In this document: positions 41,700-52,103 of the stretch, piece after piece | Position numbering within the stretch: position 1 is the stretch's first letter | Layout of the letters: the number at the start of each line of letters is the position of its first letter | NCBI GenBank assembly: GCA_963666315.2 | Contig: CAXXHG010000043.1 | Coordinates: 672,001 to 736,000, forward strand | Direction of reading: 5' to 3' | Source of the DNA: Candidatus Binatia bacterium | GTDB taxonomy: Bacteria; Desulfobacterota; Binatia; Bin18 | Length of the DNA: 64,000 nucleotides | Made by a program: the position numbers and the translations under genes | Notes under the pieces: generated by a model | What the model saw: the letters and a program-made list of their open reading frames with translations, nothing else | Databases searched by the model: none | Told to the model about the DNA's origin: nothing

Positions 41700-42110
41700 T
41701 TATCTCACACGGTTTCCGACAATTTTTTCGCCAAGTCTGGCCCCTACTAAGGCGAGGGAAAAGGCAATCACTCCGCCCACTAACATTTTGGTAAGACTGA
41801 AATGAATGAAACTGTAGGGTGTAAAAATGGATAAGCACAACATAATGGATACAGACAAAAATGCGCCGGCTGCTGGTTCACGAATTCGAATCCCTGGAGA
41901 AATCAATCCGATGATGAAACCGCCGATAAAAAAGCTGACAAGGTTGAGTAAGCCTTGCAGAATGAAATACAGGCTACGTGATAAGAACCTGCCTACAACC
42001 ATGTTGCCTATGAGTCCTCCCAAAATCAGTTCTACACCAATGAAAATGGCTACGCTCGCAAACATCCATTTTTTTGAAAAAGACTGCTCAATTGGCTCAT
42101 TCATTTGCAT
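41700..42110 (-). CDS. hypothetical four-TM membrane protein
   Basis: SPGIRIREPA, GARLGEK; abuts the next gene. Confidence 0.7.
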   Translation of the reverse strand: MQMNEPIEQSFSKKWMFASVAIFIGVELILGGLIGNMVVGRFLSRSLYFILQGLLNLVSFFIGGFIIGLISPGIRIREPAAGAFLSVSIMLCLSIFTPYSFIHFSLTKMLVGGVIAFSLALVGARLGEKIVGNRVR

Positions 42111-42144
42111 CTGCTTATTTCTTAGAAATATTGTTGGCTCAATC

Positions 42145-43365
42145 TCAAACCGGACCGCTGCGCAGAATCTCCTTACGCTCTAACTCCTGCACCTCGTCTG
42201 TCGTATAACCGAGCCACTGTGTCAGGATCTCGGCGTTATGCTCGCCCAGCGTCGGGGCCTGCAGATCCAGGGTATCCGGAAATTCCGAAAACCGCAGCGC
42301 GAAGCCCGGTACGTCGAGATCTCCGAGTATGCGATCATGCACAGTCCGGACCGTTCCGCGTTGGCGCAAGTGCAGATGCTGCAGCGCCTCGGACACTGAC
42401 AGAATCGGCGCGACCGGCACGTGATGCGCCTTGAGCGTCTCCATCGCCGCATCATCACTCAGCTGGGAGCGGATCCAGCCCTCGATAATCGCCACCAGCT
42501 CATCCAGGTTGTTCATCCGCGCTTCATTGTCGGTAAATCGTGGGTCTCGCGCCATTTCCGGCTGCCCCATCGCCTGACACAGCTTCGTCCAATGCTGCTC
42601 TAAGGGCGCGATGAGGATGATATAGCGCTCGCGCCCCTTGAACACTCCGGCTGGAGACGCGTACCACGAATGCGCCCCGGAGCGTGTCGGATTTATCTTT
42701 CCTTTGCTCAGACTGTACATCTGGAAGCTGGCTTCATGGTAATGCGCGTAGGTGTCGAGCAGTGAGAGGTCTAAGCGCTGCCCGCGCCCGGTGCGCTCGC
42801 GGTATAACAGCGCGGCGCAGATCGCACCCATCGCATGCGCTCCGGTTGAGACGTCGCCCATCGCCACCATCGGAAACATGGGTGGTCCGTCCCTCTCGCC
42901 GCCCATCGACGTAATCCCCGAGTAGGCCGCTCCCACCCAGTCGAAGCCGGGCTCATGCGCCAGCGGTCCTGTCTGCCCAAAGGCGGAAATCGAGCACATG
43001 ACCAGCCGCGGATTGATCTTGCGCACCACGTCGTAGCCGAGTCCCAGCCGCCCGATCACTCCCGGGGCGTAGTTCTCCACCAGCACATCGACTTTCTCGA
43101 CGAGTCCTTTGAGGATGCTGAGCCCCTCGGGTGTCTTGGCATCAAGGCACAAGTCCTTCTTGCCGCGATTGTGTTGGACAAAATAGCCGCTGCGTCCGTC
43201 GATCACGACTGGGCCGACACGCGCGCCATCGCCCGCCGGAGCCAGTTCGACCTTGATTACCGCGGCCCCCATTTCGGCCAGCATCAACGTGCACGTCGGG
43301 CCTGCCACAATCTGTGAGAAGTCCAGCACTTTGTAGCCATCGAGTACATGTTTCGGCTGACTCAT
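42145..43365 (-). CDS. family III CoA transferase (CaiB/BaiF)
   Basis: VLDFSQIVAGP, NRGKK, DVLVENYAPG, ISAFGQTGP, PGFD, APTLGEHN. Confidence 0.95.
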   Translation of the reverse strand: MSQPKHVLDGYKVLDFSQIVAGPTCTLMLAEMGAAVIKVELAPAGDGARVGPVVIDGRSGYFVQHNRGKKDLCLDAKTPEGLSILKGLVEKVDVLVENYAPGVIGRLGLGYDVVRKINPRLVMCSISAFGQTGPLAHEPGFDWVGAAYSGITSMGGERDGPPMFPMVAMGDVSTGAHAMGAICAALLYRERTGRGQRLDLSLLDTYAHYHEASFQMYSLSKGKINPTRSGAHSWYASPAGVFKGRERYIILIAPLEQHWTKLCQAMGQPEMARDPRFTDNEARMNNLDELVAIIEGWIRSQLSDDAAMETLKAHHVPVAPILSVSEALQHLHLRQRGTVRTVHDRILGDLDVPGFALRFSEFPDTLDLQAPTLGEHNAEILTQWLGYTTDEVQELERKEILRSGPV

Positions 43366-43427
43366 TACGACCCCCCAACTTCTACACCGCTATTAAGTGC
43401 TACTTCGGTCCAGGTCTTTTGGGCCAT
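43365..43427 (-). pseudogene. 20-aa deletion scar resembling a BKACE (DUF849) N-terminus
   Basis: AAGGAGG RBS + MAQKTWTEVALN-SGVEVGGS*; TAATG-coupled to the CoA transferase. Confidence 0.5.
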
Positions 43428-43579
43428 AGCTCCCTCCTTGTTGTACTCGAGGCTCACTGGTACCACATCGACCCGCAGGCCTCCAAGCGTCTAACCAAAC
43501 GTCTAGCCCAGCATTTAGCATGGACACTGCGCCGCTTCCAACAGAGATTGGGTGGCCCGAATGGGCGGGGAGGAAGGTC

Positions 43580-44185
43580 CTACTTCGGATGTGACGTTGC
43601 GCAATCGAACACACGTATTAACCGGGCCAGCCGTTTTCGGTACAGCGCGGGGGCTTTCCCATCCTCTTTTGCTCCTCTCGAGGCAGCGACTAGGAGATCT
43701 GCCGCTGAGGAAGCAGTCAAGCCAGCTTTCTTGAGGTTGAGCTCCCCCTGGCGCGCTGCCTCCTGTAAGACCCGAGCGAGGGTCCGTGCAAAACGTTCGG
43801 TTTCTTCACGATAGACGTCCGCGGCCAGTCCCGACCCCGCCTGGATTATCTCATCTGCGTGAGGAGCGGCTACAATCATCTCGAGCGGCTTCACCGACCA
43901 GGCCTCAAAAGCCGCAGTGATACGCTTCCAGACCGGACGGGCGCGTTGCAGCTCCACTTCTGCCGCCTGCAGACAGGAAACGAGGAGAAAGCGCGCAAGA
44001 GCCAGAAAGATCGCCGACTTGTTCTCAAAATGCTCATACAAGGCGGGTCTCGAAATCTGGGCCAAGCGCGCAATGTCCTCCATCCGCGTCCGGTCCAACC
44101 CGTACTGAAAGAAGCAGGTCTGGGCAGCCTCCAAAATCGCGGTGCATCGGCTTTCTATGCGTGTTTGTTCTCCAGTCTTGCTCAT
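43580..44185 (-). CDS. TetR/AcrR family regulator
   Basis: ILEAAQTCF..TRMEDIARLAQISRPALYEHFENK. Confidence 0.93.
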   Translation of the reverse strand: MSKTGEQTRIESRCTAILEAAQTCFFQYGLDRTRMEDIARLAQISRPALYEHFENKSAIFLALARFLLVSCLQAAEVELQRARPVWKRITAAFEAWSVKPLEMIVAAPHADEIIQAGSGLAADVYREETERFARTLARVLQEAARQGELNLKKAGLTASSAADLLVAASRGAKEDGKAPALYRKRLARLIRVFDCATSHPK

Positions 44186-44198
44186 GATCGAGACATCA

Positions 44199-44315
44199 TG
44201 ACAGACCCTTCCAGTCTGTCAATTTCCTCATCTCCTCGGCATCTCTGTAGGAGTATGGGACAAATTTTATTTCGTATGTAATAATAACTTGTTGACAAAC
44301 TAAGTCAATTTGTCA
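44199..44315. promoter_or_regulatory. two TGACA-N13-TGTCA operators between tetR and the SDR-P450 genes
   Basis: TGACAGAC-N7-GTCTGTCA (44199-44221); TGACAAAC-N7-ATTTGTCA (44293-44315). Confidence 0.75.
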
Positions 44316-44367
44316 AAATGTAACCCCAAGAGCTTAAGGAGATTCCAAAGCTGAAGGAGGAGTAATC

Positions 44368-45266
44368 ATGTCGTGGAGCGAAAAAGATGCTCCAGATCAA
44401 AGCGGACGCATTGCGATTGTTACTGGAGCGAATAGTGGAATCGGACTGGAAACTGTCCGTGTTCTCGCGCAGAACGGCGCGCACGTTATCCTCGCTTGCC
44501 GCAATCAAGAAAAAGGCGAGGCTGCGTGTGCGGATATTATGACGTGCGCGCTACAGGGAAAGGTCGAATTTCAACCTCTCGACCTGGCCAGCTTGGAGTC
44601 GGTTAAAACTTTCGCTGAGGACTTTAGCGCTGCCCATCAACGCCTTGATCTCCTGATCAACAACGCCGGTCTCATGATGCCGCCCTTCAGTAGAACTGTA
44701 GATGGTTTCGAAACCCAATTTGGCACGAATCATCTCGGCCACTTGGCGTTGACCGGTCGCCTGCTGCAAACAGTGCTTCAGACTGCGGGTTCACGAGTCG
44801 TGACAGTGAGCAGCCTCGCACACCGCTACGGACCGATCAATTTTCGGAAGCCGAACACAGAGAAGGGCTACTCGCCAATCAAAGCCTACGGGTATAGTAA
44901 GCTCACGAATTTGCTGTTCATGCGAGAGCTGCAGCGGCGTTGTACCCAAGAGTCAAACTCCACGCTCTCCGTAGCAGCCCATCCTGGGTCGAGGAGAACC
45001 AATCTCCAGCAGTACTCAGCTCTGTTTCGGTGGAGTATGAAACTCCCATTCTTAGCGTAAGAGTCTGCCGCATGTGCGCTGCCTACCCTGTATGCGGCGA
45101 CGGCTTAGGATGTCTCTGGTGGCGACTATTATGGTCCTCACGGTTGGTTTGAGTTAACTGGCCCTCCCGGCAAAGCGTATATGAGAAACATGCTCGTAAC
45201 GACGAAAACGCCCAGAAAATCTGGGAACTGTCGGAGTAGCTCACCGGTGTGACGTATGCGCTCTAG
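44368..45266 (+). pseudogene. short-chain dehydrogenase (retinol-DH/WWOX-like) with 3 stops and a frameshift
   Basis: TGANSGIG, NNAG, YGYSK. Continues ALPTLYAATA*..GDYYGP..IWELSE*LTGV past TAA 45058, TAG 45106, TAG 45237. Confidence 0.9.
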
Positions 45267-45282
45267 CTGCTAAGGAGAACCT

Positions 45283-46461
45283 ATGCAGTACCATCCGGCG
45301 GCGCCTGAGGTGAAAGCGAATCCGTATCCGTATTACGCCTATCTGCGGGCGCATGCGCCGGTGTACCACCTCAAGGACCTGGGCTGGTGGGCCATTAGTC
45401 GCTATGCCGATGTGGACTTTATCCTCAAGAACCCCAAGCTCTTTTCGTCGGCCACCATGTTCGCGTCGTTCTTCGGTGATATGGACCCAGTGCCGGACGC
45501 CCCCTCGTTGATCGCCTCGGACCCACCCGTGCACACCCGCCTGCGCAAGCTGGTGAACAAAGGGTTTACCCCCAAGCTCATTCGCGCCATGGAACTCCAC
45601 ATACGGACCATCACCCAGGATCTCTTCGCCCTGGTGGCCGGACAGACCGACATCGATTTCGTGCGCGATCTCGCTCTGCCCCTACCGGTGATTGTGATCG
45701 CCGAGATGCTGGGCGTCCCGCCCCAGGAACGCGCGGACTTTAGACGCTGGTCCGACGACCTCATTGCCGCGGCCAACCCGCCCCATTCGCCCGAAGAAAA
45801 GCAGCGCATTCAAGCTAGCATGGCCGAGTTCCGGGCCTATTTCGAGGCCGCGATTGCGGCCCGTCGTACCGCCCCGAGCGACGACGTGATTAGCACCCTG
45901 ATCAAAGCCGAGGAAGAGAACCAGATACTGACCGCTGGCGAGATCTTGAGTTTGGCCGTACTGCTGCTGTTTGCCGGCAATGAAACCACGACCAACCTGC
46001 TGGGGAATACGATGTTGGCCTTACTCAGCCACCCCGATCAATTGGCGGCAGTTCAGGCCGACCACAGCTTAATTCCAAATGTGGTCGAGGAAACGCTGCG
46101 CTATGATGCGCCCGTAGTGGGTCTCCTCCGCCAGGCCACGGAAGACGTGGAACTGTCGGGCACGACGATTTCGGCTGGGGCGATGGTCCTGCCGTTATTT
46201 GCCTCGGCGAATCATGATGAAACCCGATTCCCCGACCCCGAGCGGTTTGATATTACGCGCAACGCCGGGGGGCATCTGGCCTTTGGCTATGGCATTCATT
46301 TCTGTTTGGGGGCGCCGCTGGCGCGGCTCGAGTCTATTGTGGCGCTCCAAGAATTGTTTACCCGGTATGCCTCGATCCAGCGCGCGGACGACAGACTCGA
46401 TCGGGTGAATGCGATGCTCCTGCGCGGGCTGAAAAGCCTACCGTTGGTGGTCGGTTCATGA
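45283..46461 (+). CDS. cytochrome P450
   Basis: AGNETT, EETLR, FGYGIHFCLG. Confidence 0.97.
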   Translation: MQYHPAAPEVKANPYPYYAYLRAHAPVYHLKDLGWWAISRYADVDFILKNPKLFSSATMFASFFGDMDPVPDAPSLIASDPPVHTRLRKLVNKGFTPKLIRAMELHIRTITQDLFALVAGQTDIDFVRDLALPLPVIVIAEMLGVPPQERADFRRWSDDLIAAANPPHSPEEKQRIQASMAEFRAYFEAAIAARRTAPSDDVISTLIKAEEENQILTAGEILSLAVLLLFAGNETTTNLLGNTMLALLSHPDQLAAVQADHSLIPNVVEETLRYDAPVVGLLRQATEDVELSGTTISAGAMVLPLFASANHDETRFPDPERFDITRNAGGHLAFGYGIHFCLGAPLARLESIVALQELFTRYASIQRADDRLDRVNAMLLRGLKSLPLVVGS

Positions 46462-46509
46462 GGGTGCGTACGGAACCTCTATAAAGAAATAAAACAGAAG
46501 GAGGAAGAT

Positions 46510-47637
46510 ATGACCGGAGAATCGTATGCCCAACGCCTGCTATCGGCGGACTCCCATATCGTGGAGCCAGCAGATCTGTGGCTGACTCGTATGGATAAAA
46601 AGTGGCGCGATATAGCGCCACGCATTGAGGCGCTGGACGAAAGCGGCGATTATATTATCATCGACGGCCTGCGTCCACGTCCTTTGGCATTTGAAGGCCC
46701 CATGGCGGATCTCAAAGCCCAAGGCATGGATATTCCCGCCCCTAAGGGCTTTAAGTATTCGGATAATCGCCCGGGGAGCTGGGACCCTCACGAACGACTA
46801 AAAGATCAGGATCTGGATGGGGTGTCCGGAGAAGTTATCTACCCTGGGGTGGGTCTGACCCTGGTGGGAGCGCCTGACGCCGAATACCTGTACGCCTGTT
46901 GCCGGGCGTATAACGATTGGCTGGTAGAATATTGCTCAGCCTATCCGGATCGACTCAAAGGTGTTGGCATGATTCCGTGTCGAGGCCCTATTGAGTGGGC
47001 CATTGAGGAAACTGAACGCTGCGCGAAGCTGGGCCTAGTCAGCGTTATGCTGCCAGCCTGGGTGGATGATCGTCCGTATAACCAACCGGACTGGGATCCC
47101 CTGTGGGCGGCCATGCAAGATATGAATCTTGTGGTCAGCATCCATATCGGAGGCCGCAATCCGTTTGGCCGCGCGCATGGTCCGGGTGCGGGCGGGATCA
47201 TCGTCGGCATTGGCAAGTTGGAGATGAACGAGACCCTGCAACAGATTATCTGGGGCGGCGCGCCAGTCCGTTTTCCCAAGCTCAAATGGGCCTTGGTCGA
47301 AAGTGGTATTGGCTGGATTGGTGCATCCCTGGGTTTTATGGACCACTGGTGGAATGACCATAAGGGCTGGATGGAGCCGCGTCTGCCTGAGCCGCCCAGC
47401 ACATATTTTCACCACCAGTTTTACGCCACCTTTGAAGACGACCGAGCCGGGGTACTGACCCGCGAACTCACAGGCGTGGAAAACTTGATGTGGGGTTCGG
47501 ATTATCCGCACACCGAAGGGGTGTGGCCTTTCTCGCGCAAGAAGGTGGCGGATAATTTTGCCTCTATTCCAGAAGAAGACACACGTAAGATCGTTCACGA
47601 TAACTGCGTCAAGCTATACGGCTTTCCAGCGCAGTAG
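46510..47637 (+). CDS. amidohydrolase_2 family protein
   Basis: SADSHIVEP, ESGIGW, WGSDYPHTEG. Confidence 0.92.
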   Translation: MTGESYAQRLLSADSHIVEPADLWLTRMDKKWRDIAPRIEALDESGDYIIIDGLRPRPLAFEGPMADLKAQGMDIPAPKGFKYSDNRPGSWDPHERLKDQDLDGVSGEVIYPGVGLTLVGAPDAEYLYACCRAYNDWLVEYCSAYPDRLKGVGMIPCRGPIEWAIEETERCAKLGLVSVMLPAWVDDRPYNQPDWDPLWAAMQDMNLVVSIHIGGRNPFGRAHGPGAGGIIVGIGKLEMNETLQQIIWGGAPVRFPKLKWALVESGIGWIGASLGFMDHWWNDHKGWMEPRLPEPPSTYFHHQFYATFEDDRAGVLTRELTGVENLMWGSDYPHTEGVWPFSRKKVADNFASIPEEDTRKIVHDNCVKLYGFPAQ

Positions 47638-47914
47638 CGTTTGGGGGATAGGCGTTGGCCATTAGTCGCTATGGGGGAGTCTTGCTTGACTTTTCGCGCC
47701 AACTGACCCACTGCCTGATAATAGTTGTCGATGACCAGATTGATCCGCTGCCCAGGTCCAGCTGTGGCAATCGGTATATTCCACTCCGTGGCGATGTCAC
47801 TCCGTGGCGATGCGTTCATCAATTTGTTACGGTTGTGAAAATTCAGCTCCAGTACAGTAAGATCCAAGTGATTTGCAAGTCATTGGAAGGACTACATACA
47901 CGGAGGATTGCAAC

Positions 47915-49678
47915 ATGAGTGAAGCGCGGGAGAAGCCCCTGATCAACACCATGGACGGGCTCTCGAAGTCCAGGAAGCCGCAAGAGTATTACGACGGCAT
48001 CAAACAGAAGTTCGCTGAGGAGCGCGACCTCAGGCTGAACTACCGACCGGAAGGCACGGCACAGTACACGTCCGACCTCACCGGTTCGATGGCAACATAC
48101 GAAATCGACACCTACGGCGGCGAGATCACCCCCCGCGATCCCATCAACGATACCGTCGAATGCCTGTTCATCGGAGGCGGGTTTTCTGCACTGCTCACCT
48201 CCGCCCGGCTGCGGAAGTATGGCGTCGAGAGCATCCGCATCGTGGAGCGAGGAGCAGACGTGGGCGGCACGTGGTACTGGAACCGCTACCCTGGTGTGGC
48301 CTGCGACGTGATAGCGTATGACTACTTGCCTCTGCTCGACGAGATGGACTACGTGCCTAAGGACCATTACGCCAAGGGCCCAGAGATCTTCGCCCACTGC
48401 CAGGCTATCGCCAAAAAGTACAACCTGTATGAATTAGCCGTCTTCCAAACAACGGTGACTTCCACTATATGGGACGAAGAGGAAGAGATGTGGCACCTCA
48501 CCACAGACCGAGGCGACCATATGAAGGCACGCTTCGTGATCTGCGCCAACGGCACCCTGTCCAAGCCTAAGCTGGCCAAGATTAGCGGCATGGAGTCCTT
48601 TCAAGGCCACTGGTTTCACACTTCACACTGGGACTATGATTACACAAAGGAAGATTTATCGGGCCTAGAAGACAAAGTCGTGGGCATCATCGGCACTGGG
48701 GCGACGGCAGTCCAGGCCGTGCCCGGCCTCGGCGCAGCGTCCAAGGAGTTATACGTATTCCAACGCACGCCGTCCTCGATTGACATCCGAGACGACTGGC
48801 CGACCGATCCCAACTGGGCGCGCAGGCTCAAGACCGGCTGGCAGGCCAAGCGGCGCGCGCGGGCGATGATGGGACCGCAGTTGACCGAGGAACAAAAGGC
48901 GGCGCGGGCGAGCATGCCTCGTGAGGAGAAGATCAGGAGACAGGAGAATGCCAACATCGACTATATGATGCGGATCCACAAACGCATCCATGAGGTCGTA
49001 AAGGACAAGGCCACGGCTGAGTCACTCAAGCCATGGTATATGTTCATGTGCAAACGCCCGTGTTTCCACAACGACTACCTGCCGACGTTCAATCGGCCCA
49101 GCGTCCACCTGGTCGACACCAAAGGCAAAGGCATCACCCAGATCACCGAGCAGGGGCCGGTGTTCGACGGCAAACAGTATGCACTCGACCTGCTCATCTA
49201 TGCCACAGGTTTCGAGGTGCAGAAGACGGGCATTTACAACCAGATCAAAGGTGAGAGCGACCTCGACCTAAATGATAAATACAGCGACGGCATCCGCACC
49301 CTGCTCGGCATCCACTCCCAGAGCTATCCCAATCTGTTCATCATGGGCGGCTACCAGGCGTCGTTTCAGTTTAACCTGACCGACATGCTGCAATCACAAG
49401 GCGATCACATCTCGGCGTGCATCAACTACGTGCGCAGCCATGGCTATCATTCTATCGATGTCACGCCGGAGGCCGAGGAGTGGTGGGTGCAAGAAGTTAT
49501 CCATCATCGCGGTAAGACCAGCCGTAACGAGGACTGCACCCCGGGCTATTACAATTTCGAGGGCGAGTTCCAGCGGCGCCAGGACGGCAACTACAACGGT
49601 GGCTTCCCCCAGTATGTCAGCCATATGAAAGACATCAAGACGGAAATGGAAAAGCACTTCGTCTTTACCACAAAGTAA
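47915..49678 (+). CDS. Baeyer-Villiger monooxygenase
   Basis: GGTWYWNRYPG, fingerprint FQGHWFHTSHW, GTGAT, ATGF, CTPGYYN; GGAGG RBS before ATG 47915. Confidence 0.95.
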   Translation: MSEAREKPLINTMDGLSKSRKPQEYYDGIKQKFAEERDLRLNYRPEGTAQYTSDLTGSMATYEIDTYGGEITPRDPINDTVECLFIGGGFSALLTSARLRKYGVESIRIVERGADVGGTWYWNRYPGVACDVIAYDYLPLLDEMDYVPKDHYAKGPEIFAHCQAIAKKYNLYELAVFQTTVTSTIWDEEEEMWHLTTDRGDHMKARFVICANGTLSKPKLAKISGMESFQGHWFHTSHWDYDYTKEDLSGLEDKVVGIIGTGATAVQAVPGLGAASKELYVFQRTPSSIDIRDDWPTDPNWARRLKTGWQAKRRARAMMGPQLTEEQKAARASMPREEKIRRQENANIDYMMRIHKRIHEVVKDKATAESLKPWYMFMCKRPCFHNDYLPTFNRPSVHLVDTKGKGITQITEQGPVFDGKQYALDLLIYATGFEVQKTGIYNQIKGESDLDLNDKYSDGIRTLLGIHSQSYPNLFIMGGYQASFQFNLTDMLQSQGDHISACINYVRSHGYHSIDVTPEAEEWWVQEVIHHRGKTSRNEDCTPGYYNFEGEFQRRQDGNYNGGFPQYVSHMKDIKTEMEKHFVFTTK

Positions 49679-49756
49679 GCGGGAAGTGCGGGAGGGCAGT
49701 TCGATAGCATCTCCTCACTGTAGCGGCCCACCATACGATACATTAAGGAGGAACCT

Positions 49757-50083
49757 ATGGCTACATCATCGTCAACATCAGCTCGGGAAAGGCTTCGTCC
49801 GGTTGTACCGAAGCTGATAGATCTCACGGAAAACGTTCTCTTTGGTGACGTATGGGAGCGTCCCGGACTCTCCAAGCGCGACCGCAGCCTGATCACTGTG
49901 GCAACCTTGGTGGCCCTCTACCGCCCCGAGCAGCTTCGCGTTCATCTCGCTCGCGCCCTCGACAATGGCGTGACTAAAGACGAGATCAGCGAACTGATCA
50001 CGCACTTGGCTTTTTACTCGGGCTGGCCGACCGCCATGTCGGCGGCAGGCTTGGCAAAAACCGTCTTCGAAGAGCAGGAGTAG
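49757..50083 (+). CDS. carboxymuconolactone decarboxylase family
   Basis: LFGDVWERPGLSKRDRSLIT, HLAFYSGWP. Confidence 0.92.
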   Translation: MATSSSTSARERLRPVVPKLIDLTENVLFGDVWERPGLSKRDRSLITVATLVALYRPEQLRVHLARALDNGVTKDEISELITHLAFYSGWPTAMSAAGLAKTVFEEQE

Positions 50084-50128
50084 TACCACTAGCAAAGACC
50101 CGGTTTGGACCACACTATGGAGGCGAAC

Positions 50129-51073
50129 ATGCAGGTGGGCTTTGTTGGTCTTGGGACCATGGGCGCCAAGATGGCCTCGAATCTGCAGAAGGCCGGGTAT
50201 CGCCTGGTCGTTCACGATTCGCGGCGTGACGCAGCGACACCTCATCTTACCGCAGGTGCGCTCTGGGCTGACACACCTGGGCAGGTCGCCGAGGCGACCG
50301 AGGTCGTGTTTACCTCCCTCCCTGGTCCGGCCGAAGTGGAGGCAGTTGCCTTAGGCGAGGATGGTCTCCTTGCCAACATACGTCCCGGCGGGGCATATTT
50401 CGATTTATCGACCAACTCACCGGCGGTTGTGCGCCGTATTCATGCCGCGTTCACCGAGCACCAGGCCCACATGCTGGATGCGCCGGTCAGTGGTGGCCCA
50501 CGCGGTGCGGCTACGGGCAAGCTGGCAATCTGGGTGGGGGGCGAAGAGAGCATCTTTGACCGCTGCAAGCCGTTGCTCGACGCCATTGGTGACCAAGCCC
50601 GGTATGTGGGTCCGATAGGCGCGGCATGCGTGGCCAAGCTCGTTCATAACTGTGTAGGCTATATGCTGAATCGCGCAATGTCGGAAGCGTTCACCATGGG
50701 CGTCAAAGCCGGGGTAGAGCCGTTAGCCCTCTGGGAGGCCGTGCGTCAAGGCGCACTCGGACGTTCACGAACCTTTGATACGTTGATCAACCATTTCCTG
50801 CCCGGGACATACGACCCACCCGACTTTGCCCTGCGCCTTGCGCACAAGGACGTATCGCTTGCGACTGCCGTTGGCCGCGAGCTAAAGGTGCCCATGCCCA
50901 TGGCGAACCTTGCCTTGGATGAGCTGACCGCGGCACTTAACCGCGGCTGGGGCGAGCGCGATTCTCGCGTGGCGATGCTCCTGCAAGAAGAGCGTGCTGA
51001 TGTGCAGATTGCAGTCGATCAGGATCGCATACACGAGGCATTGCAGCGTGATGCCAAGAAGCGCGACCTCTAG
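50129..51073 (+). CDS. NAD(P)-dependent beta-hydroxyacid dehydrogenase family
   Basis: GFVGLGTMG, LDAPVSGG, KLVHN, KDVSLA. Confidence 0.92.
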   Translation: MQVGFVGLGTMGAKMASNLQKAGYRLVVHDSRRDAATPHLTAGALWADTPGQVAEATEVVFTSLPGPAEVEAVALGEDGLLANIRPGGAYFDLSTNSPAVVRRIHAAFTEHQAHMLDAPVSGGPRGAATGKLAIWVGGEESIFDRCKPLLDAIGDQARYVGPIGAACVAKLVHNCVGYMLNRAMSEAFTMGVKAGVEPLALWEAVRQGALGRSRTFDTLINHFLPGTYDPPDFALRLAHKDVSLATAVGRELKVPMPMANLALDELTAALNRGWGERDSRVAMLLQEERADVQIAVDQDRIHEALQRDAKKRDL

Positions 51074-51248
51074 AGTCCGGGAGTCCGAGAGTCTTATGAT
51101 GGCCCACGTTACAAAAGGTCACGACAGGTTTCGAGACGTGAGACGTTTTTACAGGGCAGACTGTGGTTGAAGCAAGAAGTAATCTTCATTAATTCGTAGC
51201 ATGCCGTAACATGCGTATATCGGGGCTACGTCGATCAGGAGCAGGCTC

Positions 51249-52052
51249 ATGACTGAGAATCTGCCTGAATACAAGATTTTCGCAATCAGGTATGCCACCC
51301 GCGACGCGCGGCGAGCGGACCATTTTATCGGCGGCGACCCGCATGACGGACCCATGCCCATGGATTATTTTACCTGGGTCATTGTCGGGCCGGACCGTGT
51401 CTTTCTGGTTGACACCGGCTTCACTGCGGAAACGGCTGCCCGCCGGAAACGTACGTTCCTGCGCTGTCCGATCGAAAGCTTGCGGCATCTCGATATTGAT
51501 CCGGATGCAGTCACCGATGTTATTCTGACGCATCTGCACTACGATCACGTTGGCAACTTCCATAAACTGCCACACGCGCATTTCCATCTCCAGGAACGTG
51601 AACTCGCCTTTGCCACTGGACGCTATATACACTACCCCTACTTTGGCCACGCCTTCGAAGAGGAAGATATTGTCGGCGTGGTGCGGCTCAACTTCACGCG
51701 TCGGCTCGAATTGTACGAGGGTGACATCGACCTCGCCCCGGGGCTTACGCTGCATCTTGCTTCCGGCCATACGGCCGGGATGCAGATCGTGCGAGTTCAT
51801 ACGCAGCGGGGCTACGTTGTACTGGCCTCCGATGCGAGCCACTTTTACGAAAATCTGCAGAGGAACCGTCCCTTCATTTCCGCTGTGGACGTTGGGGCCA
51901 TGCTGGATACCTTTCGCAAGGTCGAACGCCTTGCCGACTCACCCCGTCATATTGTCCCCGGTCATGATCCGCTTGTTATGCAACACTATCCGGCATTCTC
52001 TCCATCATTACAGGACATTGTGGTGCGTCTCGATGTCGATCCTGTGCAGTGA
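51249..52052 (+). CDS. metallo-beta-lactamase fold, N-acyl-homoserine-lactonase family
   Basis: VDTG, THLHYDHVG, GHTAG, ASDASH, PGHD. Confidence 0.9.
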   Translation: MTENLPEYKIFAIRYATRDARRADHFIGGDPHDGPMPMDYFTWVIVGPDRVFLVDTGFTAETAARRKRTFLRCPIESLRHLDIDPDAVTDVILTHLHYDHVGNFHKLPHAHFHLQERELAFATGRYIHYPYFGHAFEEEDIVGVVRLNFTRRLELYEGDIDLAPGLTLHLASGHTAGMQIVRVHTQRGYVVLASDASHFYENLQRNRPFISAVDVGAMLDTFRKVERLADSPRHIVPGHDPLVMQHYPAFSPSLQDIVVRLDVDPVQ

Positions 52053-52103
52053 CCCTCGCGGGCCATCACCCCACAAGCGTTCACTTAATGTAAAGGAGGC
52101 TAC

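Noticed and set aside
11365-45239. Genetic-code reassignment of TAA/TAG to Gln
   Set aside because: Many intact genes here end at their expected family length with TAA or TAG, and the affected SDR also has a frameshift.
47640-47870. Possible coding relic with a duplicated 15-mer (47782-47812)
   Set aside because: No family could be assigned, so there is too little support to call a feature.
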